From the NCBI GenBank assembly GCA_040758355.1, contig JBFLWF010000005.1, positions 1-64,000 on the forward strand: 64,000 bases of DNA, in the 5' to 3' direction. Positions 20,278 to 29,323 of the stretch are shown piece by piece. A program made the translations under genes and the position numbers. The DNA comes from Nitrospirota bacterium (GTDB lineage Bacteria; Nitrospirota; Thermodesulfovibrionia; Thermodesulfovibrionales; Dissulfurispiraceae). The number at the start of each line of letters is the position of its first letter. Within the stretch, counting starts at the first letter, position 1. Below the pieces are notes generated by a model that was given only the letters and a program-made list of their open reading frames with translations, searched no databases and was not told where the DNA came from.

Positions 20278-22008
20278 CTAATTTTGAATTTTAAGTTTTA
20301 ATTTTTGAATCTTTTTCTCGACCCTATCCTTCAGGCCTTCTTCCTTCTCATGGAACTTTAATGCCTCGGTCCATGCATTGACGGCATCTTTATGATTGCC
20401 CATTGCTTCATAGACATCACCGATATGTTCGTGCAAAATAGGGTCGTCCTTTACAAGACCAAGTGCCTTTTTAAGAGTATTTAGCGCTTCTTCCAACTTG
20501 CCAAGCCTGAAGTAAACCCAGCCGAGACTGTCGATTATGTATCCACTGTCGGGTTTTAGCTCCAGTGCTTTTTTTATAAGAGACAATGCCTCTTCAAGAT
20601 TTATTCCCTTGTCAGCATAACTGTATCCGAGGTAGTTAAGGGCATCGGCATGATTGGGATTAAGCTGGATTGTGCGTTTCAGGTGTATCACCATATCATC
20701 GAACTGCCCCATTTTCTCATATACGACCGCCGTGCTGAAATGCAATTCATCACTGCCGCTAAAGCGTTTCAGCCCTTCCTGTAATACAGCCTCTGCCTTT
20801 GCATACTCTTTAGTCTGAATATATGCGTTGCCGAGATACGCATAGATCTCCGGCTTTTCCTTCTCAAAACTCAATATCTCCTCGTACACCTTAATGGCAT
20901 CCGCATAACGGTTCTGCCGTGAATAAATAAGGGCAAGGTTTAAAAATGCATTTATATTCTTGGGGTCTGACGATATTATCTTCTTCATCTCTTCTATAGC
21001 TTCATCGTATCTCTTCAATTCCGCAAGCACAATGGACAGATAGTACCGTGACGCAATATCGTCAGGCCGTGCCTCAAGCACTATCCTGAATTCGGAAATG
21101 GCCTTATCATACTGCCTCTCCTGAAGATAAAGAAGACCGAGCCTCTGGTGGATGTCTATATTCCTTGGCGCTTCCTTTAAAATCCCTTCGAGCTCTTTGA
21201 TAGCCTTTTCAAAGGACTTCTCTGTAAGGTACAGTTGTGCAAGTCTTTCCCTTGCAAAGAGGTTATGGGGATTAATACTCAAGACCTTTTTATAATAATC
21301 CTCCGCGGCCTTTAAATCGCCCTTTATCTCTCTGACAAGACCGAGATTCAAGTATGCAGCATCGAAGGAGGGATTGATCTCTATAATTCTCTTAAAACGT
21401 TCTTCTGCCTTATCGTAATCCTTCTTTTCCATATTAATGGAGCCCATGTAATACATGGCCATGATATTTTCCGGGTCTCTTTTCAAAAGGGTCTCAAAGG
21501 TGTCTATCGCCTTCTGAAACTCTCCCTTTGTAGCATAAAGGACTCCTAAAAAGAGGGGGGCATCATTCTTCTCCGGAGCCATTTTAAGGATATTTTCGTA
21601 TACCCTTATGGCATCGTCAACCCTCCTCTGTGAGTTATAGAGTTCACCGAGAAGTAAAAGGGCAGGCACATGATCAGGATGTTTAGCAGCAACTTCTTCC
21701 AGTCTTGTCAGGGCTTCCTGTATCCTTCCAAGTTTCACGAGCATATAGCTGATCTGGGTTTTCAGATGTGCAGATGCGGGATCGAAGCTCAGGGCATTTG
21801 AATAGTGTTTCAGTGCATCTTCCCATTTTCCGCTTATTTCTGCCTCATATCCCAGCAAATACTCAAAATAAGCCCTTTCAGAATGTAAAACTGATTCATT
21901 TTCTGCCTGAGACGATGCAATATCTATCTGTTTATTACGGCTTTGGGAGAATGCCGAACAGGAAGCAGTGAAAGTAAATATGCATACTATAATAATAAGT
22001 ATTCTCAT
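20278..22008 (-). CDS. multi-TPR exported protein/lipoprotein
   Basis: Signal peptide with TASC, many TPRs, ALNYLGYS..DSLGWVYF; typical ispE neighbour. Confidence 0.88.
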   Translation of the reverse strand: MRILIIIVCIFTFTASCSAFSQSRNKQIDIASSQAENESVLHSERAYFEYLLGYEAEISGKWEDALKHYSNALSFDPASAHLKTQISYMLVKLGRIQEALTRLEEVAAKHPDHVPALLLLGELYNSQRRVDDAIRVYENILKMAPEKNDAPLFLGVLYATKGEFQKAIDTFETLLKRDPENIMAMYYMGSINMEKKDYDKAEERFKRIIEINPSFDAAYLNLGLVREIKGDLKAAEDYYKKVLSINPHNLFARERLAQLYLTEKSFEKAIKELEGILKEAPRNIDIHQRLGLLYLQERQYDKAISEFRIVLEARPDDIASRYYLSIVLAELKRYDEAIEEMKKIISSDPKNINAFLNLALIYSRQNRYADAIKVYEEILSFEKEKPEIYAYLGNAYIQTKEYAKAEAVLQEGLKRFSGSDELHFSTAVVYEKMGQFDDMVIHLKRTIQLNPNHADALNYLGYSYADKGINLEEALSLIKKALELKPDSGYIIDSLGWVYFRLGKLEEALNTLKKALGLVKDDPILHEHIGDVYEAMGNHKDAVNAWTEALKFHEKEEGLKDRVEKKIQKLKLKIQN

Positions 22009-22073
22009 TTGGTGTGTTAATTATGGCATAAAGGACTTATAAATATAAAGCCAACAAATGGGGTGATATTGAT

Positions 22074-22116
22074 AAAAAATTGGAGTAACAGGGTTGCTTT
22101 ACACCCCATTACTCCA
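22074..22116 (-). terminator. probable terminator downstream of the small peptide ORF
   Basis: Minus strand TGGAGTAATGGGG..CCCTGTTACTCCA followed by ATTTTTT. Confidence 0.55.
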
Positions 22117-22143
22117 CCACTCCATTACTCCATTGTTTTTTCT

Positions 22144-22206
22144 TTAGCAGGAACCTTTGCACTTGCAGGTGGTTGACCCTTTCTTGGATACCTTCCTTAT
22201 AACCAT
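22144..22206 (-). CDS. 20-aa Cys-rich peptide MVIRKVSKKGSTTCKCKGSC, candidate radical SAM-modified RiPP precursor
   Basis: Read by hand: GGGAGGT SD 7 nt before ATG 22206, TAA at 22144-22146; 52 nt downstream of the radical SAM/SPASM gene on the same strand. Confidence 0.75.
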   Translation of the reverse strand: MVIRKVSKKGSTTCKCKGSC

Positions 22207-22258
22207 ATCACACACCTCCCTTTCTTAGGGATTAATCATGGCTTCATGCCCTGATATT

Positions 22259-23398
22259 TTATGTTTTCATTATATCATACCCATGGCATTTGTAAAGGTC
22301 TTTTTTTCTGCTGTCTTCGGCGCGAAATCTGCACCCACCCCTGCACTCATCAATGAACCTGCATGATATATCAGAACATTCCAGTTCATCTAATTTTACG
22401 GGCATTATCCTTTGCCATGACTTTCTCAGCCCTTCACTGATATTGCCAACAGGCGTGTGAGAATAAAAGGCGCATTTGCATATGTTCCCATCGGCAAGCG
22501 CTGACATGAGATGCAGGCCGCATGCAAAGCCTTCTCCTCCGCCGTGAAGTCCTCCACCAAAGCCATAATTCAGATATCTTCCAGCTATTTCCGGTGGAAC
22601 CTGAAAAATATGGTTTTCCTTTAAATTGCCAGAAACACACGGCACATCCACTGTCCAGTCCTTGATACCGATTTTTCTAAATATATCATCCATCTCATCG
22701 AATTCATCGATATTCCTGCCATGAACCATTGTAGCTATCGAGACAATAATCCCTGCATCAATTGCTTCGTGAATCTTCTTCATTACTATTTTATATGTGC
22801 CTTTTCCCCTTATTGCCTCATGCCCGCGTTCCATGCCATCAACGCTGAACTGTATTTCATCCGCATTAAGTCCCTTTAAAACTTTTTCATTTAACAAAAG
22901 GCCGTTTGTGAAAAGTATCTTCCTGAAATTATATTCGGGCAATAACAGATTTATTTCATTAAATCGGCTGTGCATCAAAGGCTCCCCTCCTGTTATCAAA
23001 AGGCGCAGTCCCTGCATTTCTTCGAACTCATCAAGAACAATCTTTATTTTATCAGGGGAAATTTCATTATTCTTGGGCTTTCCTATATAACAATGCCCGC
23101 ATTTAAGATTGCACTTATCAGTAATCTGGAGTTCGAGATACCTTAAAGAGGGTGTTGGAGACTTAGTTATTATTGGTCTTTTTACATTAACAGCTTTTTC
23201 GGTCAATATTCCTTCTGATAGGCAAAAATCTATGAATTCTTTATCAGCATATTCAGCTTCAGCGCCTTCGGAAGTACTTTTTTTCAAAAACTCAAAGGCA
23301 TCGTCGTCCAGCTCATAGAGTTCGTCTCCCTTTATATCATAAACCGATGGAGTCTCAAGCCATTTCAGGACAAACCCGTCTGAAAGATAATATCTCAT
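22259..23398 (-). CDS. radical SAM/SPASM enzyme with probable N-terminal PqqD/RRE-like domain
   Basis: CNLKCGHC, ITGGEPL, C-terminal C..DGNICKC..C..C..CRGGCR..C; ~70-aa N-terminal extension (VYDIKGDELYELDDDAFEFLKK..FIDFCLSEGIL). Confidence 0.88.
   Translation of the reverse strand: MRYYLSDGFVLKWLETPSVYDIKGDELYELDDDAFEFLKKSTSEGAEAEYADKEFIDFCLSEGILTEKAVNVKRPIITKSPTPSLRYLELQITDKCNLKCGHCYIGKPKNNEISPDKIKIVLDEFEEMQGLRLLITGGEPLMHSRFNEINLLLPEYNFRKILFTNGLLLNEKVLKGLNADEIQFSVDGMERGHEAIRGKGTYKIVMKKIHEAIDAGIIVSIATMVHGRNIDEFDEMDDIFRKIGIKDWTVDVPCVSGNLKENHIFQVPPEIAGRYLNYGFGGGLHGGGEGFACGLHLMSALADGNICKCAFYSHTPVGNISEGLRKSWQRIMPVKLDELECSDISCRFIDECRGGCRFRAEDSRKKDLYKCHGYDIMKT
22269..22296 (-). promoter_or_regulatory. 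internal sigma70-type promoter for the peptide ORF
   Basis: TTTACA (22291-22296), 16-nt spacer, TGa-TATAAT (22269-22274), inside the radical SAM 3' end. Confidence 0.5.
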
Positions 23399-23461
23399 GG
23401 TTTATTTTAAAAAATTAACAGGCATATTGTCTCCATGTTTGCCAATCTGATAAACTTTTCC

Positions 23462-24937
23462 ATGCTTGATTCTTTAGAAAAAAAAGTTTACCAGCTCATC
23501 ATCATCAGACTTGATGGGGATAACATTCAATCGAAAGACTATCAAAATAAAATATTTAATCTTGTTGAAAAAGGCATTGGCGGCTTTATAATCTTCGGCG
23601 GAGAAATTGACGAGATAAAAAGCTTTATCGGTAAAATCCAATCCATTGCAGAAATACCGCTTTTTATAGCATCCGACATTGAGCGCGGAGTCGGACAGCA
23701 GATAAAAGGCGCAACCAATTTCCCATGCCAGATGGCAGTGGCAGCAGCTATAGATAAAGACAGGCCTGAAGACATATTGCTCCTCAACATAATAATACAG
23801 GCCGTAACAGATGAGGCAACAGATATCGGGATAAACATGCCTTTGATCCCGGTAATGGATGTAAATCAAAATCCAGACAATCCCATAATATGCACAAGGG
23901 CTTTTTCTGACAATCCCAAAACAGTGGCGTGGTTCGGCTCGCACTACATAAAATTCCTCGAAGACTCAGGCTTAATAAGCTGCGCCAAGCACTTTCCGGG
24001 TCATGGAGATACTGCTGTAGATTCTCATATCTCACTTCCTGTCATTAATAAATCCAAAGATGATCTAATGAAAACAGACCTCGTGCCTTTCATTAAATCC
24101 ATCAAAGCAGGCGCTGGCAGCATCATGATCGGACATCTTAAAATCCCTGCATTGGATTCAAAGCCCGCAAGCCTGTCCAAAAAAATAATCACAGATTTAT
24201 TAAAAGAAGAATTGGGCTTTAACGGCCTTGTAATCACGGATGCCTTGAATATGAGCGCCCTCAAAGACTTCGGCAATGTCCCTGTTGAATGCATAAAGGC
24301 AGGCGTTGATATACTGCTTCATCCTGTGAACGCTGATATAACAGTTAAGGAATTATTATCAGCCATTGAGTCCAGAGAGATTAACGAAGGTCAGATTGAC
24401 AGCGCATTAAAGCGCATAATCAGAGCAAAGGAGAGGTTTAGCAAAATCAAAAAGCCCGATGTAAATTACAAAGCCCATGCATTCATCTCAGAACAGATCT
24501 CCGATATGTCTATAACTCTTGTAAAAAGCAGCCCCGGCATATTGCCTATTTCAAAGGATAAGGATGCGAATATTGTATTTGCAGGCGACGATGATATTTA
24601 TAAATCATCTATACTAAAAAATCATTTCAACTCAGAATTCCAAACTCTGAACTCTGAAATGCTAATCATCGCTATATTCACAGGTGTTGCAGCATGGAAG
24701 GGAAGCTCGGGGATAAGCGATAAAGAAAAACAAAGGCTCACAGAGCTTATCAAGCAGGCAAAAAGCTCAATAGTCATCTCATTCGGCAGCCCTTATGTTT
24801 TAAGGTACTTCAACGAGGCCGACGTGCTCATCGCAGCTTATGAGCCTTCAGAGCAGGCGCAAATGGCTGTGATGAAATGCCTGAAGGGAGAAATAGAATT
24901 CAGCGGAAAACTGCCGGTAACAAGGGATAACATTTGA
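23462..24937 (+). CDS. nagZ: beta-N-acetylglucosaminidase, GH3
   Basis: SDIERGVG, KHFPGHGDTAVDSH, ITDALNM; start 23462 or 23435. Confidence 0.9.
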   Translation: MLDSLEKKVYQLIIIRLDGDNIQSKDYQNKIFNLVEKGIGGFIIFGGEIDEIKSFIGKIQSIAEIPLFIASDIERGVGQQIKGATNFPCQMAVAAAIDKDRPEDILLLNIIIQAVTDEATDIGINMPLIPVMDVNQNPDNPIICTRAFSDNPKTVAWFGSHYIKFLEDSGLISCAKHFPGHGDTAVDSHISLPVINKSKDDLMKTDLVPFIKSIKAGAGSIMIGHLKIPALDSKPASLSKKIITDLLKEELGFNGLVITDALNMSALKDFGNVPVECIKAGVDILLHPVNADITVKELLSAIESREINEGQIDSALKRIIRAKERFSKIKKPDVNYKAHAFISEQISDMSITLVKSSPGILPISKDKDANIVFAGDDDIYKSSILKNHFNSEFQTLNSEMLIIAIFTGVAAWKGSSGISDKEKQRLTELIKQAKSSIVISFGSPYVLRYFNEADVLIAAYEPSEQAQMAVMKCLKGEIEFSGKLPVTRDNI

Positions 24938-26157
24938 GCAAATTAACCCCTTACCTACAGGTATTCACCAGCAGGCGGATTGCGGCAGTTACGCTTCTCG
25001 GATTCGCTTCCGGCCTGCCATTGGCGCTCACAAGCGGCACTCTACAGGCATGGATGGCTGTTGACGGAGTGGATATAAGGACCATCGGCATCTTTGCCCT
25101 TGTCGGACTTCCTTATACCGTGAAATTCCTCTGGTCTCCGATGATGGATAGGTTTGTCCCGCCGCTTTTAGGAAGGCGCAGGGGATGGATGATCATTACA
25201 CAGATTGCATTAATATTGGGCATAGCTGCAATGGCCTTTAATTCACCAAAACAAGCCCCTTTGCTCATAGCTGCGTTTGCATTGACAGTAGCCTTCTCCT
25301 CAGCATCTCAGGATATTGTTATCGATGCATACCGCACCGATGTATTGAGAGAAAAGGAGCGAGGTGCAGGCGCCGCAGTCTTCGTCATGGGCTACCGCAT
25401 TGCAATGCTCGTATCCGGCGCGCTGGCTCTTATACTCTCCGATAATATCGGCTGGCATAATACCTATCTGCTCATGGCCGGGTTAATGGCAGTCGGCGTA
25501 ATATCGGCATTTCTTGGCCCTGAGCCCGAAGAGAAAATCATCCCTCCCAAAAGTCTTCAGGAAGCGATTTGGGGGCCATTGAAGGACTATTTTTCGAGAC
25601 GCTCCGCTGTCATGCTGCTGCTTCTAATCATCCTATACAAGCTCGGAGACGCATATGCCGGTTCATTAACCACAGCGTTCCTCATAAAAGGAGTGGGCTT
25701 TACACCCACAGATGTTGGCACTATCAATAAAGGACTCGGCCTCGTATCGCTCATTGTGGGAGCAATGTTCGGAGGAGCACTAATGGCAAGGCTCGGCCTT
25801 TTCAAGTCATTGTTATTTTTCGGGGCGTTGCAGGCAGTATCTAATCTCTCATTCATGGTTCTGGCATGGATTGGAAAAAGCTACGGGATGCTGATTTTTG
25901 CAGTGGCCTTCGAAAATCTTAGCGGAGGCATGGGCACATCAGCCTTTGTAGCACTGCTTATGAGTATGTGCAATCAAAGATACAGCGCAACCCAATACGC
26001 ACTTCTGTCTTCCCTCGCTGCCCTCGGAAGGATCTTCATCGCCCCGACATCTGGATTCATCGTTTCCGCTATCGGCTGGCCAGCCTTCTTTTTTATAACC
26101 ACACTTGCAGCATTGCCAGGATTGGGGCTATTGTGGTGGATGAGGCAAGAAATATAA
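24934..26157 (+). CDS. ampG: muropeptide MFS permease
   Basis: LGFASGLP, KFLWSP.MD, GRRRGW, SASQDIVIDAYR, SATQYALLSS. Confidence 0.93.
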   Translation: MSKLTPYLQVFTSRRIAAVTLLGFASGLPLALTSGTLQAWMAVDGVDIRTIGIFALVGLPYTVKFLWSPMMDRFVPPLLGRRRGWMIITQIALILGIAAMAFNSPKQAPLLIAAFALTVAFSSASQDIVIDAYRTDVLREKERGAGAAVFVMGYRIAMLVSGALALILSDNIGWHNTYLLMAGLMAVGVISAFLGPEPEEKIIPPKSLQEAIWGPLKDYFSRRSAVMLLLLIILYKLGDAYAGSLTTAFLIKGVGFTPTDVGTINKGLGLVSLIVGAMFGGALMARLGLFKSLLFFGALQAVSNLSFMVLAWIGKSYGMLIFAVAFENLSGGMGTSAFVALLMSMCNQRYSATQYALLSSLAALGRIFIAPTSGFIVSAIGWPAFFFITTLAALPGLGLLWWMRQEI

Positions 26158-26161
26158 TCCA

Positions 26162-26878
26162 TTACTTTGGCCTCAATATAACAATTCCGGGCTTATTGGC
26201 AATATAATCTCTAAAATCCTCGTCAACTACTTTTCTCTGAACAGACGAGGCATGACGCAAATAGAATCCCTCGCTATCCTTGATAATAATCCCGACATGC
26301 GAGACATCAAGCCCATGAGCATCCGAATATATTCCTGCATAATCCCCTGTCCTCAATTTGTTCATAGTTGAATCATCAATAGCTACTGAAGGTATGTATT
26401 TAACAACACGCTCTTTGAGATCAATGCCATTTAAAAAATAGGTCCCGTCTTCTTTTGCATTAATCATCTTTTCAACTTTTATTGCATTTTTGCTGCCTAT
26501 TTCCTCTGTAACATCCTCGACAAACTCTGAATTTGATTCCACCCAATCCGTAAAAAAGTGATTCCTATTTTCGAATGCAATCTTTCCTGATTTATACCTT
26601 ACCCTTCTCAAATTCTCCCTAAATTCAGAAAAAGAACTCGACAGCCTCATTGCCTCTATGTAATCTATGAAAGTAAAGCAGTCAACCGCCGAGAGGTTTA
26701 TGACAAAGACCTCAGGCGTTTTAATGTCTCCTATCAAGGTTTTTTCCTGATACGGCAGGCCGAGGAATTTCTCTGAAAGAAAGGCTATCCTCTCTCCTGC
26801 GCCCTGAATTTCTGCGGCTTCGCGCAAAATAGTGCTCAGCCTTTCCTCTGTCCATCTGCCGAAAATGACGGATTCCAT
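26162..26878 (-). CDS. DUF1460 N-acetylmuramoyl-L-alanine amidase-like protein (NlpC/P60 fold)
   Basis: FLGLPY, VDCFTFID, RNHFFTDW, LDVSHVG, RHASS. Confidence 0.8.
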   Translation of the reverse strand: MESVIFGRWTEERLSTILREAAEIQGAGERIAFLSEKFLGLPYQEKTLIGDIKTPEVFVINLSAVDCFTFIDYIEAMRLSSSFSEFRENLRRVRYKSGKIAFENRNHFFTDWVESNSEFVEDVTEEIGSKNAIKVEKMINAKEDGTYFLNGIDLKERVVKYIPSVAIDDSTMNKLRTGDYAGIYSDAHGLDVSHVGIIIKDSEGFYLRHASSVQRKVVDEDFRDYIANKPGIVILRPK

Positions 26879-26990
26879 AAATGCTATAATATCAGAAAGT
26901 AATTAGGCAAAACAGGCACAGTTTCAAAGCCCCCTCTCTTTTCACCCATGCCTGCTTTGCTTCTGTTTAAGGTTGGTTATGAGTACGATT

Positions 26991-27869
26991 ATGAGAAAAG
27001 TCATAGACATCCATACCCATGGCATAGGCGGATATGATACGAGGACAACAGTTGAAGAACATATCCTCCGAATGGCTGAAATACAGGGCTCTCAAGGAGT
27101 TTCCGAAGTCATTCCTACTATATATCCTGCCACTATAAAGGTGATGCGAGAAAATATCATGATGGTCAAAAAGGCAATGGAACTTCAGAAGACAGAGGAC
27201 AGAAGCCAGAAAACAGAAGCAAAAATTATTGGCGTACATCTCGAAGGGCCTTTTCTGAATCCCTCAAAGTGTGGTGCTTTGAATGCAATAACGTTTATTG
27301 AGCCGTCAGAAGATAATTTTAAAGAACTCGTTGAAGGCTTTGAAGATATAATAAAAATCATTACTACTGCACCTGAGATTAACGGCTCAATAAAATTAAT
27401 AAAAAAAATAACTGACATGGGCATAATTGCGAGTATGGGGCACTCAGATGCTACTTATGCCGAGGCAGAGGCTGGTTTTCATGCAGGTGCAGGGGGCATT
27501 ACACATATATTCAATGCAATGAGAGGATTTCATCATAGAGAACCGGGAATTGCAGGCTTTGGGCTTTTAAATCAGGACATTTATATCGAGGTTATTGCAG
27601 ACCCTTATCATTTACACCCCAAAACGCTTGAACTGATATTTAAGACAAAAAATCATGACAGGATTATTATTGTCTCCGATTCTGTAAAAGAGGCAACGCC
27701 ATTCACAAAAAGTCAGGGTGTTACCGATGCTCACGGCAAGCTCTTAGGAGGCTGCATGACAATCGCAGAATCATCAAAAAGGCTTATTGAAATTGGATTT
27801 GATGAAAATATTATAATGAAGTGTATAACAGAAAATCCTGAAAAATATCTAAAGCATGAAAACAATTAA
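26991..27869 (+). CDS. nagA: N-acetylglucosamine-6-phosphate deacetylase (short form)
   Basis: IDIHTHG, GVHLEGPF, TAPE, GHSDA, THIFNAM. Confidence 0.88.
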   Translation: MRKVIDIHTHGIGGYDTRTTVEEHILRMAEIQGSQGVSEVIPTIYPATIKVMRENIMMVKKAMELQKTEDRSQKTEAKIIGVHLEGPFLNPSKCGALNAITFIEPSEDNFKELVEGFEDIIKIITTAPEINGSIKLIKKITDMGIIASMGHSDATYAEAEAGFHAGAGGITHIFNAMRGFHHREPGIAGFGLLNQDIYIEVIADPYHLHPKTLELIFKTKNHDRIIIVSDSVKEATPFTKSQGVTDAHGKLLGGCMTIAESSKRLIEIGFDENIIMKCITENPEKYLKHENN

Positions 27870-29322
27870 ATCAATACTCCAATACTCCATTACTTCAATA
27901 TTCTTACTCCTTACTGTTTTCGGCTGCGCCATTAATCCGGTCACCGGCCAAAGGGAACTGATATTCGTATCCGAGAGTCAGGAAGTGGAGATGGGCAAAG
28001 AGCTTTACCCCAATGCCCTGTGGGGCGACCTCGGAGGTGGCGGAGAGTATAAAGACGAAAAACTCAAGGCTTATCTCAAAGACATTGTTATCAGGATTCA
28101 CAGCGTTTCTCATAGGCCAAACCTTCCTGTTCAGTTCGCAATTCAGAACAGCTCTGTTCCCAATGCATGGGCGATCCCCGGCTATGTAGTAATGACAAGG
28201 GGACTGCTTGCAGCACTCGATAGCGAGGCTGAATTTACATTTATCATGGGACATGAGATGGGGCATGTATCCGCAAGGCATTCTGCAAAACAGATAACCC
28301 GCGGAATGCTGCAACAAATCGGTCTTGGTGCAGCAGGTATTGCCCTCAGTGGAAAGGAATATTCAGACATTGCATTAAGACTGGGGTCTGTAGGAAGCAG
28401 CCTTTTATTGCTGAAATACAGCAGGGACGACGAACTGGAAGCTGACAGACTGGGCATTCTATATACGGCAAAACTCGGTTACAATCCAGAAAATGCTGTA
28501 AGCGCTCACAAGAATTTGGAGAAGATATCGCAGGAATACATGAAATCACTGGGCAAAGACGCCGAGGAGAGGGGATTCTTTGAAGACCTGTTATCCACGC
28601 ATCCGCGAACATCGGTGAGGATCGAAGAAATTCAGCATATGATAAATGAGATGCAGCCATTCGCAGTTACAGGTGACGGGGCCAGTAAGGAAAAATTCCG
28701 GACAGCAGTTTCAGAATTAAAAAATACGAATAAAATCTATCTTGAATATTACGACAGGGCGGTCAGGGCATTTGGAAAAAATAATATTGATGAGGCTGAT
28801 TATCTCGCATCAAAGGCAATAAAGGAAAATCCGAATCAGCCTTCATTTCACGCACTAAAAGGCTTTATAAGGCTAAAGAGAAAGGATTACATCGATGCAG
28901 AAAAATATTTCAATGCTACACTAAATCTCGATAAGGATTACGAACCTGCATTAAGGGGCATGGGCATGATTAGATATTTTAAAGGTGAATATTCAGACAG
29001 TGCAGGCTATCTAAAGAGAAGCATCTCTCTCTTTCCTCAGGACATACCTGCGCATTATTTCCTTGGGATGAGTTATTACAAAATGAGGATGTATAAAACA
29101 GCCATACCGCATCTTAACTTGTTTGCCGAAGTGCAGCCAAGGCATCCGGAAATTCATGGTATATTGGGCATATGCTACGAAAATATAAATGACCTTTATT
29201 CGGCCTACGATGAATATGTCAAGCAGTTAAAGGTCAATCCGACCAATGAGATGGGCAGACATGCTGCATCGAGGATTGGCATACTGAGGCTTATTCTTGA
29301 GGGATCGAGGATAAGGCGGTAG
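27856..29322 (+). CDS. M48 zinc metalloprotease lipoprotein with TPRs (BepA-like)
   Basis: Lipobox VFGC, PNAWAIPG, HEMGH, YSRDDELEAD, STHP. Confidence 0.87.
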   Translation: MKTIKSILQYSITSIFLLLTVFGCAINPVTGQRELIFVSESQEVEMGKELYPNALWGDLGGGGEYKDEKLKAYLKDIVIRIHSVSHRPNLPVQFAIQNSSVPNAWAIPGYVVMTRGLLAALDSEAEFTFIMGHEMGHVSARHSAKQITRGMLQQIGLGAAGIALSGKEYSDIALRLGSVGSSLLLLKYSRDDELEADRLGILYTAKLGYNPENAVSAHKNLEKISQEYMKSLGKDAEERGFFEDLLSTHPRTSVRIEEIQHMINEMQPFAVTGDGASKEKFRTAVSELKNTNKIYLEYYDRAVRAFGKNNIDEADYLASKAIKENPNQPSFHALKGFIRLKRKDYIDAEKYFNATLNLDKDYEPALRGMGMIRYFKGEYSDSAGYLKRSISLFPQDIPAHYFLGMSYYKMRMYKTAIPHLNLFAEVQPRHPEIHGILGICYENINDLYSAYDEYVKQLKVNPTNEMGRHAASRIGILRLILEGSRIRR

Positions 29323-29323
29323 A

